Positions 18,631 through 28,233 of a stretch of 64,000 nt of DNA are shown here, one piece after another. The notes under the pieces are model-generated. The model was not told the origin of the DNA and searched no databases. It worked only from the letters and a program-made list of their open reading frames with translations. The DNA lies in contig WJKK01000001.1 of assembly GCA_014729135.1 (NCBI GenBank), positions 535,590 through 599,589 on the forward strand. Reading direction: 5' to 3'. The DNA comes from a candidate division WWE3 bacterium. GTDB taxonomy: Bacteria; Patescibacteriota; WWE3; UBA101185; UBA10185. How positions within the stretch are numbered: the stretch's first letter is position 1; every line of letters starts with the position of its first letter. The translations under genes and the position numbers were made by a program.

Positions 18631-20460
18631 ATGAAGCTAAAATTTGATCCGGATAATCCCAAGTACGTTCATATTGATACTCTAAAAAAAGCAGACGAGG
18701 CTCTAGAAAAGCTAGAAAAGGAACCTGTAATAGGAGTAGACATAGAAGGTACCGGACTTGATCCCTACACTGCAAAGCTCCTGTTGGTTCAGATCGGTAA
18801 TGAGGAAGTAAGTTACATTTTTAACGCTCAGCAGCTTGATTTAAAGGCAATTCCACGTTTAAAAGCTCTCCTGGAAGATCCCAAAAAAATCAAAATTCTT
18901 CACAACGCCAAATTCGACTACAAATTCATCAAAGTTCAAGTAGGCGCATCCATGAACAACCTGTATGACACAATGTTGGCCGGAGCAGTATTAACGGCGG
19001 GTTTAACAGGCAAAAACCCTTCCTTAAAAGAACTAACCATGAAATATTGCGGTTTCGACATGGATAAAGGTGTTCGAAAAAGCTTTCATAATCACATGGG
19101 GCGAATCACGGAAGATCAGCTGAAATACTCCGCTTTAGACACGCTGGCTATGTTTCCCATCTTTAAAGAGCAGGTAAAGCGTCTTAAAAAGGAAAAGCTG
19201 GTGCGTGTGGCCAAATTGGAATTTGCCTCCACTAGAGTCGTTGCAGAAATGGAATTAAGAGGCATTATTATAAACATTCCCGAATGGAAAAAAGTAATTA
19301 AGAACCTGGAAAAAAAGCGTGACCAGTATGCAGCTCAGTTTCAAGAGGCAATTCAGCCTTACTACAATCGTCGAACAAAGGACCTTTTTGGAAACGATGT
19401 GGACGTCATGAACATGAATTCGCAGGCTCAGCTAATGGATCTTTTTAATAAGCGTTTAGGTCTTGATATTCCTTCAACAAGCGCAGGAGTCTTGGAAAAC
19501 GTTGATCATCCAATTGTAAACATCTTAAGCGACTACAGAAAGTATGAAAAGCTGATCTCTGCCTTTGGAGATAGCCTTTTAGAGCAGGTTAATCCTGTTA
19601 CGGGGCGTTTGCATCCGGATTTTAATCAGATGGGTACAGCCACAGGTAGATTTTCTTGTCGAAACCCTAATTTACAGCAGATTCCGCGAAACTCCGAAGA
19701 AGCCCCTTTTAGAGAGCTTTTTAATCCTGCTCCGGGATATAAGCTGGTTACGGCGGACTACTCCTCCTTTGAAATGCGGATTCTAGCGGATCTTTCAGGT
19801 GATGAAAAAATGATTACAGCCCTTCGCGAAGGTAAAGATTTGCACTCTTATACTGCTTCGCTAATGTTTAATGTTGATTATTATCCTAAGTCGGAGTTTA
19901 AAAAGAAGAATCCGGGGTTGCGTCAGATTGCTAAGCCTATTGGGTTTGGATTAATGTATGGAATGAGTGCCCAAGGTTTGGCAGCTCAGCTAGGCGTTTC
20001 ACCTGAAAAAGGCGAGGAATATATGGAGCTTTATTTTAAGAGTTATCCAAGTGTTCGGAAGTTTCTGGATGGGCTTTCTGATAATGCTGTTAAAAAAGGA
20101 TGGAGTATGACTCCTATGGGTCGTAAGCGTTGGTACAAAAAGCCCTCTCCATCTGATCCGGATTATCGTCGTCGTATGTCCAGTATTCGGCGTCAGGCAA
20201 AGAACCATCCCATTCAGGGGACAAATGCAGATGCTATCAAGTTTGCGTTTGTTTTTATTCAAAAGTACTTTGATTCAGGGGAGTTTGATGGGGGAATCAC
20301 GCATACGGTTCATGATGAGATTGTTTGTGAGGTTCGTGAGGATCAGGCGGAGGATTGGGCAAAGATTCAATCAGATGAGATGATTAAGGCTGCGGAGCTT
20401 TTTATTAAAAAGGTTCCGGTTGCTTCGGATCCTTTTGTTGGTGATATCTGGGAGCATTAG
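18631..20460 (+). CDS. polA: Family A DNA polymerase (3'-5' exonuclease plus polymerase; no 5'-3' exonuclease domain)
   Basis: Exo motifs DIEGTGLD, HNAKFD, YSALD; TATGRFSC.NPNLQQIP, ADYS..EMR, RQIAK..GFGLMYG, NHPIQG, VHDEI. Confidence 0.92.
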   Translation: MKLKFDPDNPKYVHIDTLKKADEALEKLEKEPVIGVDIEGTGLDPYTAKLLLVQIGNEEVSYIFNAQQLDLKAIPRLKALLEDPKKIKILHNAKFDYKFIKVQVGASMNNLYDTMLAGAVLTAGLTGKNPSLKELTMKYCGFDMDKGVRKSFHNHMGRITEDQLKYSALDTLAMFPIFKEQVKRLKKEKLVRVAKLEFASTRVVAEMELRGIIINIPEWKKVIKNLEKKRDQYAAQFQEAIQPYYNRRTKDLFGNDVDVMNMNSQAQLMDLFNKRLGLDIPSTSAGVLENVDHPIVNILSDYRKYEKLISAFGDSLLEQVNPVTGRLHPDFNQMGTATGRFSCRNPNLQQIPRNSEEAPFRELFNPAPGYKLVTADYSSFEMRILADLSGDEKMITALREGKDLHSYTASLMFNVDYYPKSEFKKKNPGLRQIAKPIGFGLMYGMSAQGLAAQLGVSPEKGEEYMELYFKSYPSVRKFLDGLSDNAVKKGWSMTPMGRKRWYKKPSPSDPDYRRRMSSIRRQAKNHPIQGTNADAIKFAFVFIQKYFDSGEFDGGITHTVHDEIVCEVREDQAEDWAKIQSDEMIKAAELFIKKVPVASDPFVGDIWEH

Positions 20461-20549
20461 GTTGCTTCTAAAGTTTTGAAGGCCTTTGCAACAAAGATTC
20501 CCGCATAAGAATTGCTTGCTTTTTTTGAAAAACTTGATATTATAGGCCT

Positions 20550-20642
20550 ATGTTTATGGGAGACATTATAGAAGCTATAGTAGGTGGCGTAATAGAGGGA
20601 GTCATTGGTGCTGTTATGGGTATTTTTGACGCCTTCAACTAA
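20550..20642 (+). CDS. Unannotated 30-aa hydrophobic Gly-rich peptide (MFMGDIIEAIVGGVIEGVIGAVMGIFDAFN)
   Basis: Intact ORF in the polA-clp gap. Preceded by TG-A-TATTAT 6 nt upstream of the ATG, the same leaderless layout as real genes in this window. Confidence 0.6.
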   Translation: MFMGDIIEAIVGGVIEGVIGAVMGIFDAFN

Positions 20643-20775
20643 AATTCCCTTACTTTAGTATTACTACAAGATAATAAATTCCATTTCTATCTGCTTAATG
20701 CGGGGGTTTTTGTGACTACTTTTGCGCACTTATCAGTCCCTTTGCTTAATTGCTAAGAAGTGTTACAATTTATTC

Positions 20776-22908
20776 ATGGTTATATGTCAAAAATGTGGGC
20801 AACGACCCGCAGTAATCTCAACAACAAAAATAATAGAAGGTAAGCCGGTTTATATGGCGCTTTGTCAGAGCTGCTTTAAAAATCTCCAAAAAGAAACTAA
20901 AAAAACTTCACTTTTGGATAAGTTCGGCACTGATCTAACCGACATGGCCCGCGAAGATAAACTTGACCCTGTTATTGGCCGTAAGGACGAAATAGAGCGC
21001 GTTGTTCACATCTTATCCCGACGAACAAAAAATAATCCTGTTTTAATAGGAGATCCCGGAGTAGGGAAGACTGCCATAGTTGAAGGTTTAGCTCAAATGA
21101 TAGTAAATGGAAAGGTGCCTGAGCCCCTCCGTGGGAAGCGTGTGTTTGCTCTGGATTTAGCGTCAATGGTTGCAGGGACGACTCATCGAGGAATGTTTGA
21201 AAAGCGTCTAAAAGACGTAATTGAAGAAGTGGTTAAGGCCCAGGGCCAAATTATTCTGTTTGTAGATGAGCTTCATACTGTTGTTGGCGCAGGTTCTTCA
21301 TCTGAAAGTTCCATGGATGCTGCTAATATTTTGAAACCGGCTTTAGCTAGAGGAGAGCTTCAAATGGTTGGTGCTACAACAATAGATGAGTATCGTAAGT
21401 ATGTTGAAAAAGATGCTGCTTTGGAGCGCCGTTTTCAACCCATTATGGTTAACGAGCCTACTATAGATGACACTAAGGAAATTTTGCGAGGTCTGCGAGG
21501 TCGCTATGAAGAGCATCACAAAGTGAAAATTACGGATGAGGCTTTAGAAACGGCAGCAAAAATGGCAGATCGATATATTAGTGACCGTTTCCTTCCCGAT
21601 AAGGCTATTGATGTAGTTGATGAGGCAGGCGCTTTGGTGCGTTTGTCGCAGGTAAAGGAGCCGGAGAATCTAAAGGAGGTCAATTCCCGTTTGGCTGAAA
21701 TTAAAAAGGAGCTTCGTAGTGAAGATCTTTTGGAGGAGGTGCGTAAAAAACTGGAAGATGAGCGTGCTGAATTAAACAAAGTTAGAGATGAACTTGTAGA
21801 CATTTGGACAAAGACCAAGCTTGAGGAAATTCCAAATGTTACAGGCGATGACATAATTAAGATCGTCTCACGTTCCACCGGCATTCCTTTAGAGCGCCTA
21901 AGTATAGAAGAGAAAGAGAAATTAATGCACCTTGAAGAAATGATTCATGAGCGTCTGGTTAATCAGAATAAGGCCGTAGAGGTTGTTTCAGAGGCTATTC
22001 GCCGAGCACGTGCAGGGCTTAAAGATCCTAAACGACCTATTGGAGCCTTCCTGTTTTTAGGTCCTACAGGTGTGGGTAAAACCGAGCTTTGTAAGGCCCT
22101 GGCCGAAATTTTATATGGTGATGAAGACATGATGGTTCGTCTAGACATGAGCGAATACATGGAGCGCCATTCTGTTAGTAAGATGTTGGGAGCTCCTCCG
22201 GGATACGTTGGTTATGATCAGGGAGGTAACTTAACGGAAATTGTTCGTCGTAAGCCTTTTTCTATTATTCTGCTGGATGAAATTGAAAAAGCTCATCCGG
22301 ATGTGTTCAATTCCCTGCTACAAATTATGGAGGATGGCCGTTTAACCGACAGTAAAGGTCGTACGGTCGACTTTAAGAATACAATTTTAATTATGACCTC
22401 TAACGTTGGTTCTGAGTTGTTGAGAAAATCCACTATTGGTTTTGATCATGAAGGTAAAGAAGCAAGTAAAAATCTAACCGATTATAAGTCTCGCATTGAA
22501 AAGATGTTAAAGGACACTTTTAAGCCGGAGTTTTTAAATCGTATAGATGAAACTGTGATTTTTACTACTTTGGGTAAGGAGGAGATTCGGGAAATTTCTC
22601 AAAATCTCTTGGCAAATACTCAGAAGCTTTTGGATGAGCATGAGATTTCTTTGCATGTTGACGATAAGGCGATTGATTATTTGGTGGAGCATGGGACAAG
22701 TGAAGAGTATGGGGCACGTCCTTTGCGGCGTTTGATTCAGCGTGAGATTGAGAATGTTTTATCGGGGATGATTATTTCGGGTGAGTTACTGGATGGGGAT
22801 GCTGTTGAGATTACTGCAGGTAAGGTGAAAGGTGATAATGGAGCAAAGGCAAGGAAGGGAGCTAAGGAAGGGCTGCAAATTAAGGTTAAGTCGAAGGTGA
22901 GTGCTTAA
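20776..22908 (+). CDS. Clp protease ATP-binding subunit with N-terminal zinc finger (ClpE-like ClpC family)
   Basis: N-terminal CQKC...CQSC; two AAA+ modules (GDPGVGKT, GPTGVGKT). Start moved to ATG 20776, which lies 6 nt after TACAAT. Confidence 0.9.
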   Translation: MVICQKCGQRPAVISTTKIIEGKPVYMALCQSCFKNLQKETKKTSLLDKFGTDLTDMAREDKLDPVIGRKDEIERVVHILSRRTKNNPVLIGDPGVGKTAIVEGLAQMIVNGKVPEPLRGKRVFALDLASMVAGTTHRGMFEKRLKDVIEEVVKAQGQIILFVDELHTVVGAGSSSESSMDAANILKPALARGELQMVGATTIDEYRKYVEKDAALERRFQPIMVNEPTIDDTKEILRGLRGRYEEHHKVKITDEALETAAKMADRYISDRFLPDKAIDVVDEAGALVRLSQVKEPENLKEVNSRLAEIKKELRSEDLLEEVRKKLEDERAELNKVRDELVDIWTKTKLEEIPNVTGDDIIKIVSRSTGIPLERLSIEEKEKLMHLEEMIHERLVNQNKAVEVVSEAIRRARAGLKDPKRPIGAFLFLGPTGVGKTELCKALAEILYGDEDMMVRLDMSEYMERHSVSKMLGAPPGYVGYDQGGNLTEIVRRKPFSIILLDEIEKAHPDVFNSLLQIMEDGRLTDSKGRTVDFKNTILIMTSNVGSELLRKSTIGFDHEGKEASKNLTDYKSRIEKMLKDTFKPEFLNRIDETVIFTTLGKEEIREISQNLLANTQKLLDEHEISLHVDDKAIDYLVEHGTSEEYGARPLRRLIQREIENVLSGMIISGELLDGDAVEITAGKVKGDNGAKARKGAKEGLQIKVKSKVSA

Positions 22909-23004
22909 TTTAGTTTGTAAGTGAGTGTTGTTGTAGGTGAGATTACTTTCAAAAGGCTCAAAAATTGAATTTTTAAAGAAAGTCTGATAATCTTCTATAG
23001 CGTT

Positions 23005-23346
23005 ATGGCAATAAAATTCGATGCATCAAAAATAGATCATATTGAAACCTTTCAAGTAGGGGATACTGTGCGTGTTTTATATAAGATTCGTGAGGATGAG
23101 AAGACGCGAATTCAGCCCTTTGAGGGTATTGTTATTTCTCTTAAGGGATCCGGTATTTCCCGAACTTTTACTGTGCGCAGGATTGGTGCTGATAGTGTTC
23201 CTGTAGAGAGGATTTTTCCCGTTCATTCTCCTAATATTTCAAAGCTTACGGTTGTTCGTCCCGGAAAGGTGCGTAGAGCTAAGCTTTATTATTTGAGAGA
23301 TAAGACCGGGCGAGCTGCTACTAGGGTTAAGCGTAGAGAGAATTAG
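23005..23346 (+). CDS. rplS: 50S ribosomal protein L19
   Basis: [37 protein letters not shown]. Confidence 0.97.
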   Translation: MAIKFDASKIDHIETFQVGDTVRVLYKIREDEKTRIQPFEGIVISLKGSGISRTFTVRRIGADSVPVERIFPVHSPNISKLTVVRPGKVRRAKLYYLRDKTGRAATRVKRREN

Positions 23347-23423
23347 ATATCCTCGTATTATTCGCATTCTTGCTTCAATTTTTGTTGTTACTTGAGTGTA
23401 ACTTTTATTGTTCGATACATGTT

Positions 23424-23582
23424 TCACAAGTTGGGTACAACTTGTGAGGTAATAAACAGTTTTCGCAAAGGTCCTCCAAAGTCGGACACTTTGCGGCGTA
23501 TCAAAATCCGCACATCCTTTTGTAATTTAAAAGGAATGTTCAGATTGTTGATAAGCATTTCAAGTTGCCACGCAACTTGAAA
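23424..23582 (-). repeat. Modular hairpin array 3' of a duplicated tRNA-Lys end; homologous to 34441-34610
   Basis: Shares tcacaagttg..tgtgaggtaa, tttgcggcgtatcaaaatcc and ttgataagcatttcaagttgc..gcaacttgaaatggtga with 34441-34616. Confidence 0.9.
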
Positions 23583-23757
23583 TGGTGAGGGTGGAGGCAA
23601 GCCGTCGTCACCTTTGGTGACTCCTGTTGCATCCAAAACCACTAAGCTCTTCCTCACTTCGTTCGGAATCGCTAAGTGTATTGTAGGAATCAGAACTAAA
23701 GTTCGTTTCCCACTTTCATAATAAAAAAACTTTTCACTTAAAGTGAAAGGTTTTTTA
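23583..23757 (-). mobile_element. 175-bp gene-less unit bounded by a 15-bp duplication of the tRNA-Lys 3' end
   Basis: tggtgagggtggagg occurs at 23583-23597 and at 23758-23772 (tRNA end). The interior is hairpins only. Confidence 0.7.
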
Positions 23758-23832
23758 TGGTGAGGGTGGAGGGAATCGAACCCTCGGCACACGGCTTAAA
23801 AGGCCGTTGCTCTACCACTGAGCTACACCCCC
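23758..23832 (-). tRNA. tRNA-Lys(TTT)
   Basis: GGGGGTG...CACCCTC-ACCA; anticodon arm acggc-ct-TTT-aa-gccgt. Confidence 0.95.
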
Positions 23833-23900
23833 TTAGTCTTTATCAAAAAGCTTTTGAATATAGCATACCAAAAGCGGCCGATGTATTATACAATAAGCAT

Positions 23901-24056
23901 ATGTTCATATCCAAAGCAAAAGATTCCCTTGGAAAAAAATACATAATTTGGCTAATCTTTCTTATTCTTCTAGGTTTAGCAGTTACAGGTATCTTGATTT
24001 ATAGAGCTAATCAGGCTGATACTTACTTTTCGGTTACAAATACTGCAATCGAATAA
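23901..24056 (+). CDS. 51-aa single-TM small membrane protein
   Basis: TACAAT box 6 nt before ATG 23901; hydrophobic IIWLIFLILLGLAVTGILIY. The longer track ORF runs antisense through tRNA-Lys. Confidence 0.65.
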   Translation: MFISKAKDSLGKKYIIWLIFLILLGLAVTGILIYRANQADTYFSVTNTAIE

Positions 24057-24124
24057 ACTCCCGATTTAACCTTTTCTAAAACCTTGCTATAAAGGCCTTT
24101 TCTTTGATAGTATAGGCAACAGTT

Positions 24125-26986
24125 ATGTCAGGAAAGTTTTCACTACCTAAAGCTAAAAAAACAGTAGATTTAGAACAAGAAGTATTATCTTTTTGGAAAA
24201 AACACGAAATATTTGAAAAATCCGTAGAGCAGCGCTCAGAAGACAATGTCTATGTTTTTTATGATGGCCCTCCCTTCATTTCCGGTTTACCTCATTATGG
24301 CCATCTCTTGGGATCTGTTGCCAAGGATTTAATTCCCCGTTATTGGGCAATGCGGGGCAAAAGAGTTGAAAGAGTTTGGGGGTGGGATGCTCATGGGCTA
24401 ACCGTTGAAAACAAAGTGCAGAAAAAATTGGGAATTAAGCATCGAAAAGAAATAGAAGATTATGGTCTTGAGAAGTTTATTGAGGCTTGCTATGAATACA
24501 CTGCAGAAACCTCGGCAGAATGGCCTTGGTACGTGGATCGAATAGGGCGCTGGGTAGATATGGAGAATGCTTATAAAACCACGGATCAGAGTTACATGGA
24601 ATCAGTTATCTGGGCTTTTAAGGAGCTTTATGATAAGGACTTAATTTACAAGGGCGTTCGCACTTCACTCTATTGCACCGTTTGCGGCACGCCGGTTTCT
24701 AATTTTGAGGTGGCTATGGATAATGCCTATAAGGAGGCTCAGGATCCCGCAATTGTTGTTAAATTTGAGCTAAGCGAAGGGGATTACAAGGATGCTTTTG
24801 TTTTGGCATGGACAACAACTCCTTGGACAGTGCCCTCTAATCGTGCCTTGGTTTTGGATCCGCAAGCTGATTATGTTCTAGCAGTAAGTGAAGGTTCTAA
24901 ATACATCTTAGCTAAATCCCGTGTAGAGGCGATTTTTGGAGATAAAGACTATTCCGTTGAGGACACTTTCAAGGGAGAAAAATTATTAGGACTTTCTTAC
25001 ACCCCTCCCTATACTTTTTTCAAATCCAATGAAAAAGATTTCAAAATATACGCTTACGAAAACATGGTAACAATGGAGGAGGGTACCGGTATAGTCCACT
25101 CGGCACCGGGTTTTGGAGATATTGATACTGAAATGGGTAGGCATTATGGTTTGACAATGATGCTAACCTTAAACGACGAAGGTCATTTTAATCCCGGAGA
25201 CGTCGGAACAAATCCTTTTGAGGGTGATTATTACAAAAAAGCAAATAAGCGAATCCTGGAGGATCTGCAGGAAAGAAGCCTTCTTTTTTCTGAAGAAGTT
25301 ACAGTTCATCGAGTTCCTTATCATGATAGATGCGATACTCTTTTAATTCATCGCGCCCAACCTTCTTGGTTTGTAGATGTTCAAAAGCTAAAGAAGAAGA
25401 TGCTTTCTTATAACGAGGACATTAATTGGGTACCTGATTCCTTAAAAGAAGGACGTTTTAAACATGTCATTGAAACAGCTCCGGATTGGTGTATTTCACG
25501 GAATCGCTTTTGGGCCACCCCGATGCCTGTTTGGGAGTCGGAGGAGGGCGATCGTATTGTTGTTGGTTCCATTGCTGAGTTAGAGGAGCTTTCCGGTGAA
25601 AAAGTAGAAAATTTACATCGGCCCTACATAGACAATGTCACAATAGAAAGAAATGGGAAGGTTTATAAACGAATCCCTGAGGTTTTAGATAGCTGGTTTG
25701 AGGCCGGCTCAATGCCTTATGCGCAATTTCATTATCCTTTTAAAAACAAAGAAAGGTTTGAACAGAATTTCCCGGGAGACTTTGTAGTTGAATATATTGC
25801 GCAAGTTCGTGCTTGGTTTAATGTTATGCATAGATTGTCAACGGCTATTTTTGATAGTCCTCCTTTTAAAAATGTGATTTGTACGGGTGTTATGGCTGGT
25901 AATGATGGTAGAAAGATGAGTAAAACTTACCAAAATTACACAGATCCTAAAGACGTTCTAGAAACTTATGGTGGGGATGCTTTACGTTTATGGCTTATGA
26001 ACTCTCCTCTAATGGTGGGGGAGAATGCCAGTTTTGAGGAAGACGAAATAAAAACCAAGCAGAAAAATGTTTTAAATATTCTATGGAATAGCCTTCGTTA
26101 TTTTGTTCTGTATGCCAATAAGTTTGAATTTAAACCGGAAGATGTTGAGGAGCTTTCTCAGGATGCCACGCATCCAATGGATTTGTGGATAAAGACACGA
26201 CTAGAACAGACCCAAAAGATTGTCATGGAAAACCTTGAAAAATATACGGTTCCTCCCGCAGTAGAAGCTGTGGAGAATTTTGTGGATGACCTATCGAGGT
26301 GGTACATTCGTCGTTCCCGGGATCGTATTTCCGCAGGAGACGTAAAAGCTTTTTCTACGCTTTACCATGTTTTAAAAAAGTTTTCCAAAGTAGCTGCTCC
26401 AATAGTTCCTTTTATGACGGAAAACATCTATCAAACTTTGCGTCAAAAAGAAGAGCCTGTATCGGTTCATCTGTGTGATTATCCTTCGTTGGATTTATCA
26501 TTTTTAGGGGAAAATTTAGAAATGTTAGCGCATATGAAATCGGATCGACTCCTGGTTTCCCAAGTTTTAGCGTTGCGTGATAAAGAGGGTATCGGTATTC
26601 GCCAACCTTTAAATGATTTTGTAACACTTGCAGAAGTTCACTTTCCTAATATTGTCAAGGAGGAGTTAAATGTTAAAGAAATAACTAAGGTTTCGAGCCT
26701 AGAGGATCTTTCTGCAAATTATGTTACCGGAGAGAATTTAAGCGTTGCTTTAAATATTGAAGTTACAGAGTCCTTGCGTGTGGAAGGAGAAAAGAGAAAT
26801 GTCATTAGGAATTTACAAAAAGAGCGCAAAAAAGCAAAACTAGGGCTTGGCGACAAAATATCAGCAACAATTCCTCAAAACCCCCTAAACAAAAAAGTTT
26901 TAGAAAAATACTCCCAAGAAATAAAGCAAAGCGTAGATGCAGTAGAAATCACACTAGGATCTGCCTATGCCGTTAAAAAAGTTTAA
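24125..26986 (+). CDS. ileS: Isoleucine-tRNA ligase, type 2
   Basis: DGPP..GLPHYGH, WTTTPWT, DWCISRNRFW, KMSK. Confidence 0.96.
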   Translation: MSGKFSLPKAKKTVDLEQEVLSFWKKHEIFEKSVEQRSEDNVYVFYDGPPFISGLPHYGHLLGSVAKDLIPRYWAMRGKRVERVWGWDAHGLTVENKVQKKLGIKHRKEIEDYGLEKFIEACYEYTAETSAEWPWYVDRIGRWVDMENAYKTTDQSYMESVIWAFKELYDKDLIYKGVRTSLYCTVCGTPVSNFEVAMDNAYKEAQDPAIVVKFELSEGDYKDAFVLAWTTTPWTVPSNRALVLDPQADYVLAVSEGSKYILAKSRVEAIFGDKDYSVEDTFKGEKLLGLSYTPPYTFFKSNEKDFKIYAYENMVTMEEGTGIVHSAPGFGDIDTEMGRHYGLTMMLTLNDEGHFNPGDVGTNPFEGDYYKKANKRILEDLQERSLLFSEEVTVHRVPYHDRCDTLLIHRAQPSWFVDVQKLKKKMLSYNEDINWVPDSLKEGRFKHVIETAPDWCISRNRFWATPMPVWESEEGDRIVVGSIAELEELSGEKVENLHRPYIDNVTIERNGKVYKRIPEVLDSWFEAGSMPYAQFHYPFKNKERFEQNFPGDFVVEYIAQVRAWFNVMHRLSTAIFDSPPFKNVICTGVMAGNDGRKMSKTYQNYTDPKDVLETYGGDALRLWLMNSPLMVGENASFEEDEIKTKQKNVLNILWNSLRYFVLYANKFEFKPEDVEELSQDATHPMDLWIKTRLEQTQKIVMENLEKYTVPPAVEAVENFVDDLSRWYIRRSRDRISAGDVKAFSTLYHVLKKFSKVAAPIVPFMTENIYQTLRQKEEPVSVHLCDYPSLDLSFLGENLEMLAHMKSDRLLVSQVLALRDKEGIGIRQPLNDFVTLAEVHFPNIVKEELNVKEITKVSSLEDLSANYVTGENLSVALNIEVTESLRVEGEKRNVIRNLQKERKKAKLGLGDKISATIPQNPLNKKVLEKYSQEIKQSVDAVEITLGSAYAVKKV

Positions 26987-28031
26987 TTTAGGCTTAATAA
27001 TTCCGCCACTCCTGATATTCTCGCTAAGTTTTATGACGTTATATTCGGTTAGCCCTAATCATGCAAAAAATCAGCTGCTCTTTTTTATAATTGGAGTGCT
27101 TTTTTATTTGGGGCTTAGTATTATCGACTATTCCGTGCTAGCTCAATTTTGGAAGCCTCTATATGTTACTAATCTAGGCCTTCTGATTTTAATTTTTGTT
27201 TTGGGCCAGACAATTTCCGGTTCCACAAGATGGTTCACTTTCTTTGGTTTTTCACTTCAGCCTTCAGAGTTTGCAAAGTTTACGTTAATTTTGACTCTAG
27301 GAGCCTTGTTATCTCAAAAACCGCAACGACTTAAATCCTTCAAAGGAGTTATTCAGCTTTCCCTCCTCTTTATTCCTTTTTTCTTTGCTGTTGTAATTCA
27401 ACCGGACCTAGGCACTACTCTAGTTTTGCTGGCTACCTTCTTAGGCGTACTTTTTTATGCCGGCTTAAACAAACTATACTTTTTAGTGGGATTCTTTCTC
27501 GCAGGGATTAGTTCATCGCCCCTCTGGTCACTCCTAAAAGACTACCAAAAAGAGCGTATATTAGTGTTCCTAAATCCACAGCTTGATAATTTAGGTGCCG
27601 GTTATAACGTGGTTCAATCACTTATTGCTGTAGGTTCCGGAGGTTTGTTTGGTAAGGGTTTTGGTCAAGGCAGTCAATCCCATCTTCAATTTCTTCCTGC
27701 TTACTGGACAGACTTTATTTTTGCATCTTTTTCAGAGGAGTGGGGGTTTATTGGTCTTGTTATTTTGCTCCTATTTTTTACGGTACTCTTTGGATTTATT
27801 CTTTACACTGCATCAAAATCTAAGGATCTTCTTGGACATGCTTTAGTAATAGGTGTTTTCATAACGCTTTTTAGTCAGTTTTTCATAAATGTGGGCATGA
27901 ACCTGGGAATTATGCCCGTAACCGGAATCCCTCTTCCGTTCATGACCTATGGGGGCTCCTCTCTAATTACAAACCTTGCCATGCTGGGTTTAGTACAATC
28001 CGTATGGGTGCATTCATTCCAACGAGTTTAA
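26967..28031 (+). CDS. rodA: Rod shape-determining protein RodA (SEDS family)
   Basis: QPSEFAK, QPDLGT, QSLIAVGSGG..GKG, TDFIF, GIPLPFMTYGGSS. Confidence 0.9.
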   Translation: MPLKKFNLGLIIPPLLIFSLSFMTLYSVSPNHAKNQLLFFIIGVLFYLGLSIIDYSVLAQFWKPLYVTNLGLLILIFVLGQTISGSTRWFTFFGFSLQPSEFAKFTLILTLGALLSQKPQRLKSFKGVIQLSLLFIPFFFAVVIQPDLGTTLVLLATFLGVLFYAGLNKLYFLVGFFLAGISSSPLWSLLKDYQKERILVFLNPQLDNLGAGYNVVQSLIAVGSGGLFGKGFGQGSQSHLQFLPAYWTDFIFASFSEEWGFIGLVILLLFFTVLFGFILYTASKSKDLLGHALVIGVFITLFSQFFINVGMNLGIMPVTGIPLPFMTYGGSSLITNLAMLGLVQSVWVHSFQRV

Positions 28032-28233
28032 TCCTATTTTACTAAACCCAAGACACTCACAGGCTAGACACCCTCAAGTATCAACCTACGTTTCTTGAAA
28101 GCATAAATCCGGTCTCTTAGAATCATCAAGTACGATTAAAAAATTAACTAATAATGTTGGATTGTGGGATGACATTCTCTACTTGGCAGTGCGAGGATGC
28201 TTTTCCAAAATCCCTTTATAACAGGGGGAAATA

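Noticed and set aside
23392-23900. Track ORFs 23392-23580, 23424-23792 and the 5' part of 23757-24056
   Set aside because: They run through tRNA-Lys and the hairpin array; these are chance open frames.
28032-28233. Cobalamin riboswitch or NrdR boxes upstream of nrdJ
   Set aside because: I could not find the conserved B12-box or a convincing tandem NrdR palindrome by eye; an Infernal search would be needed.
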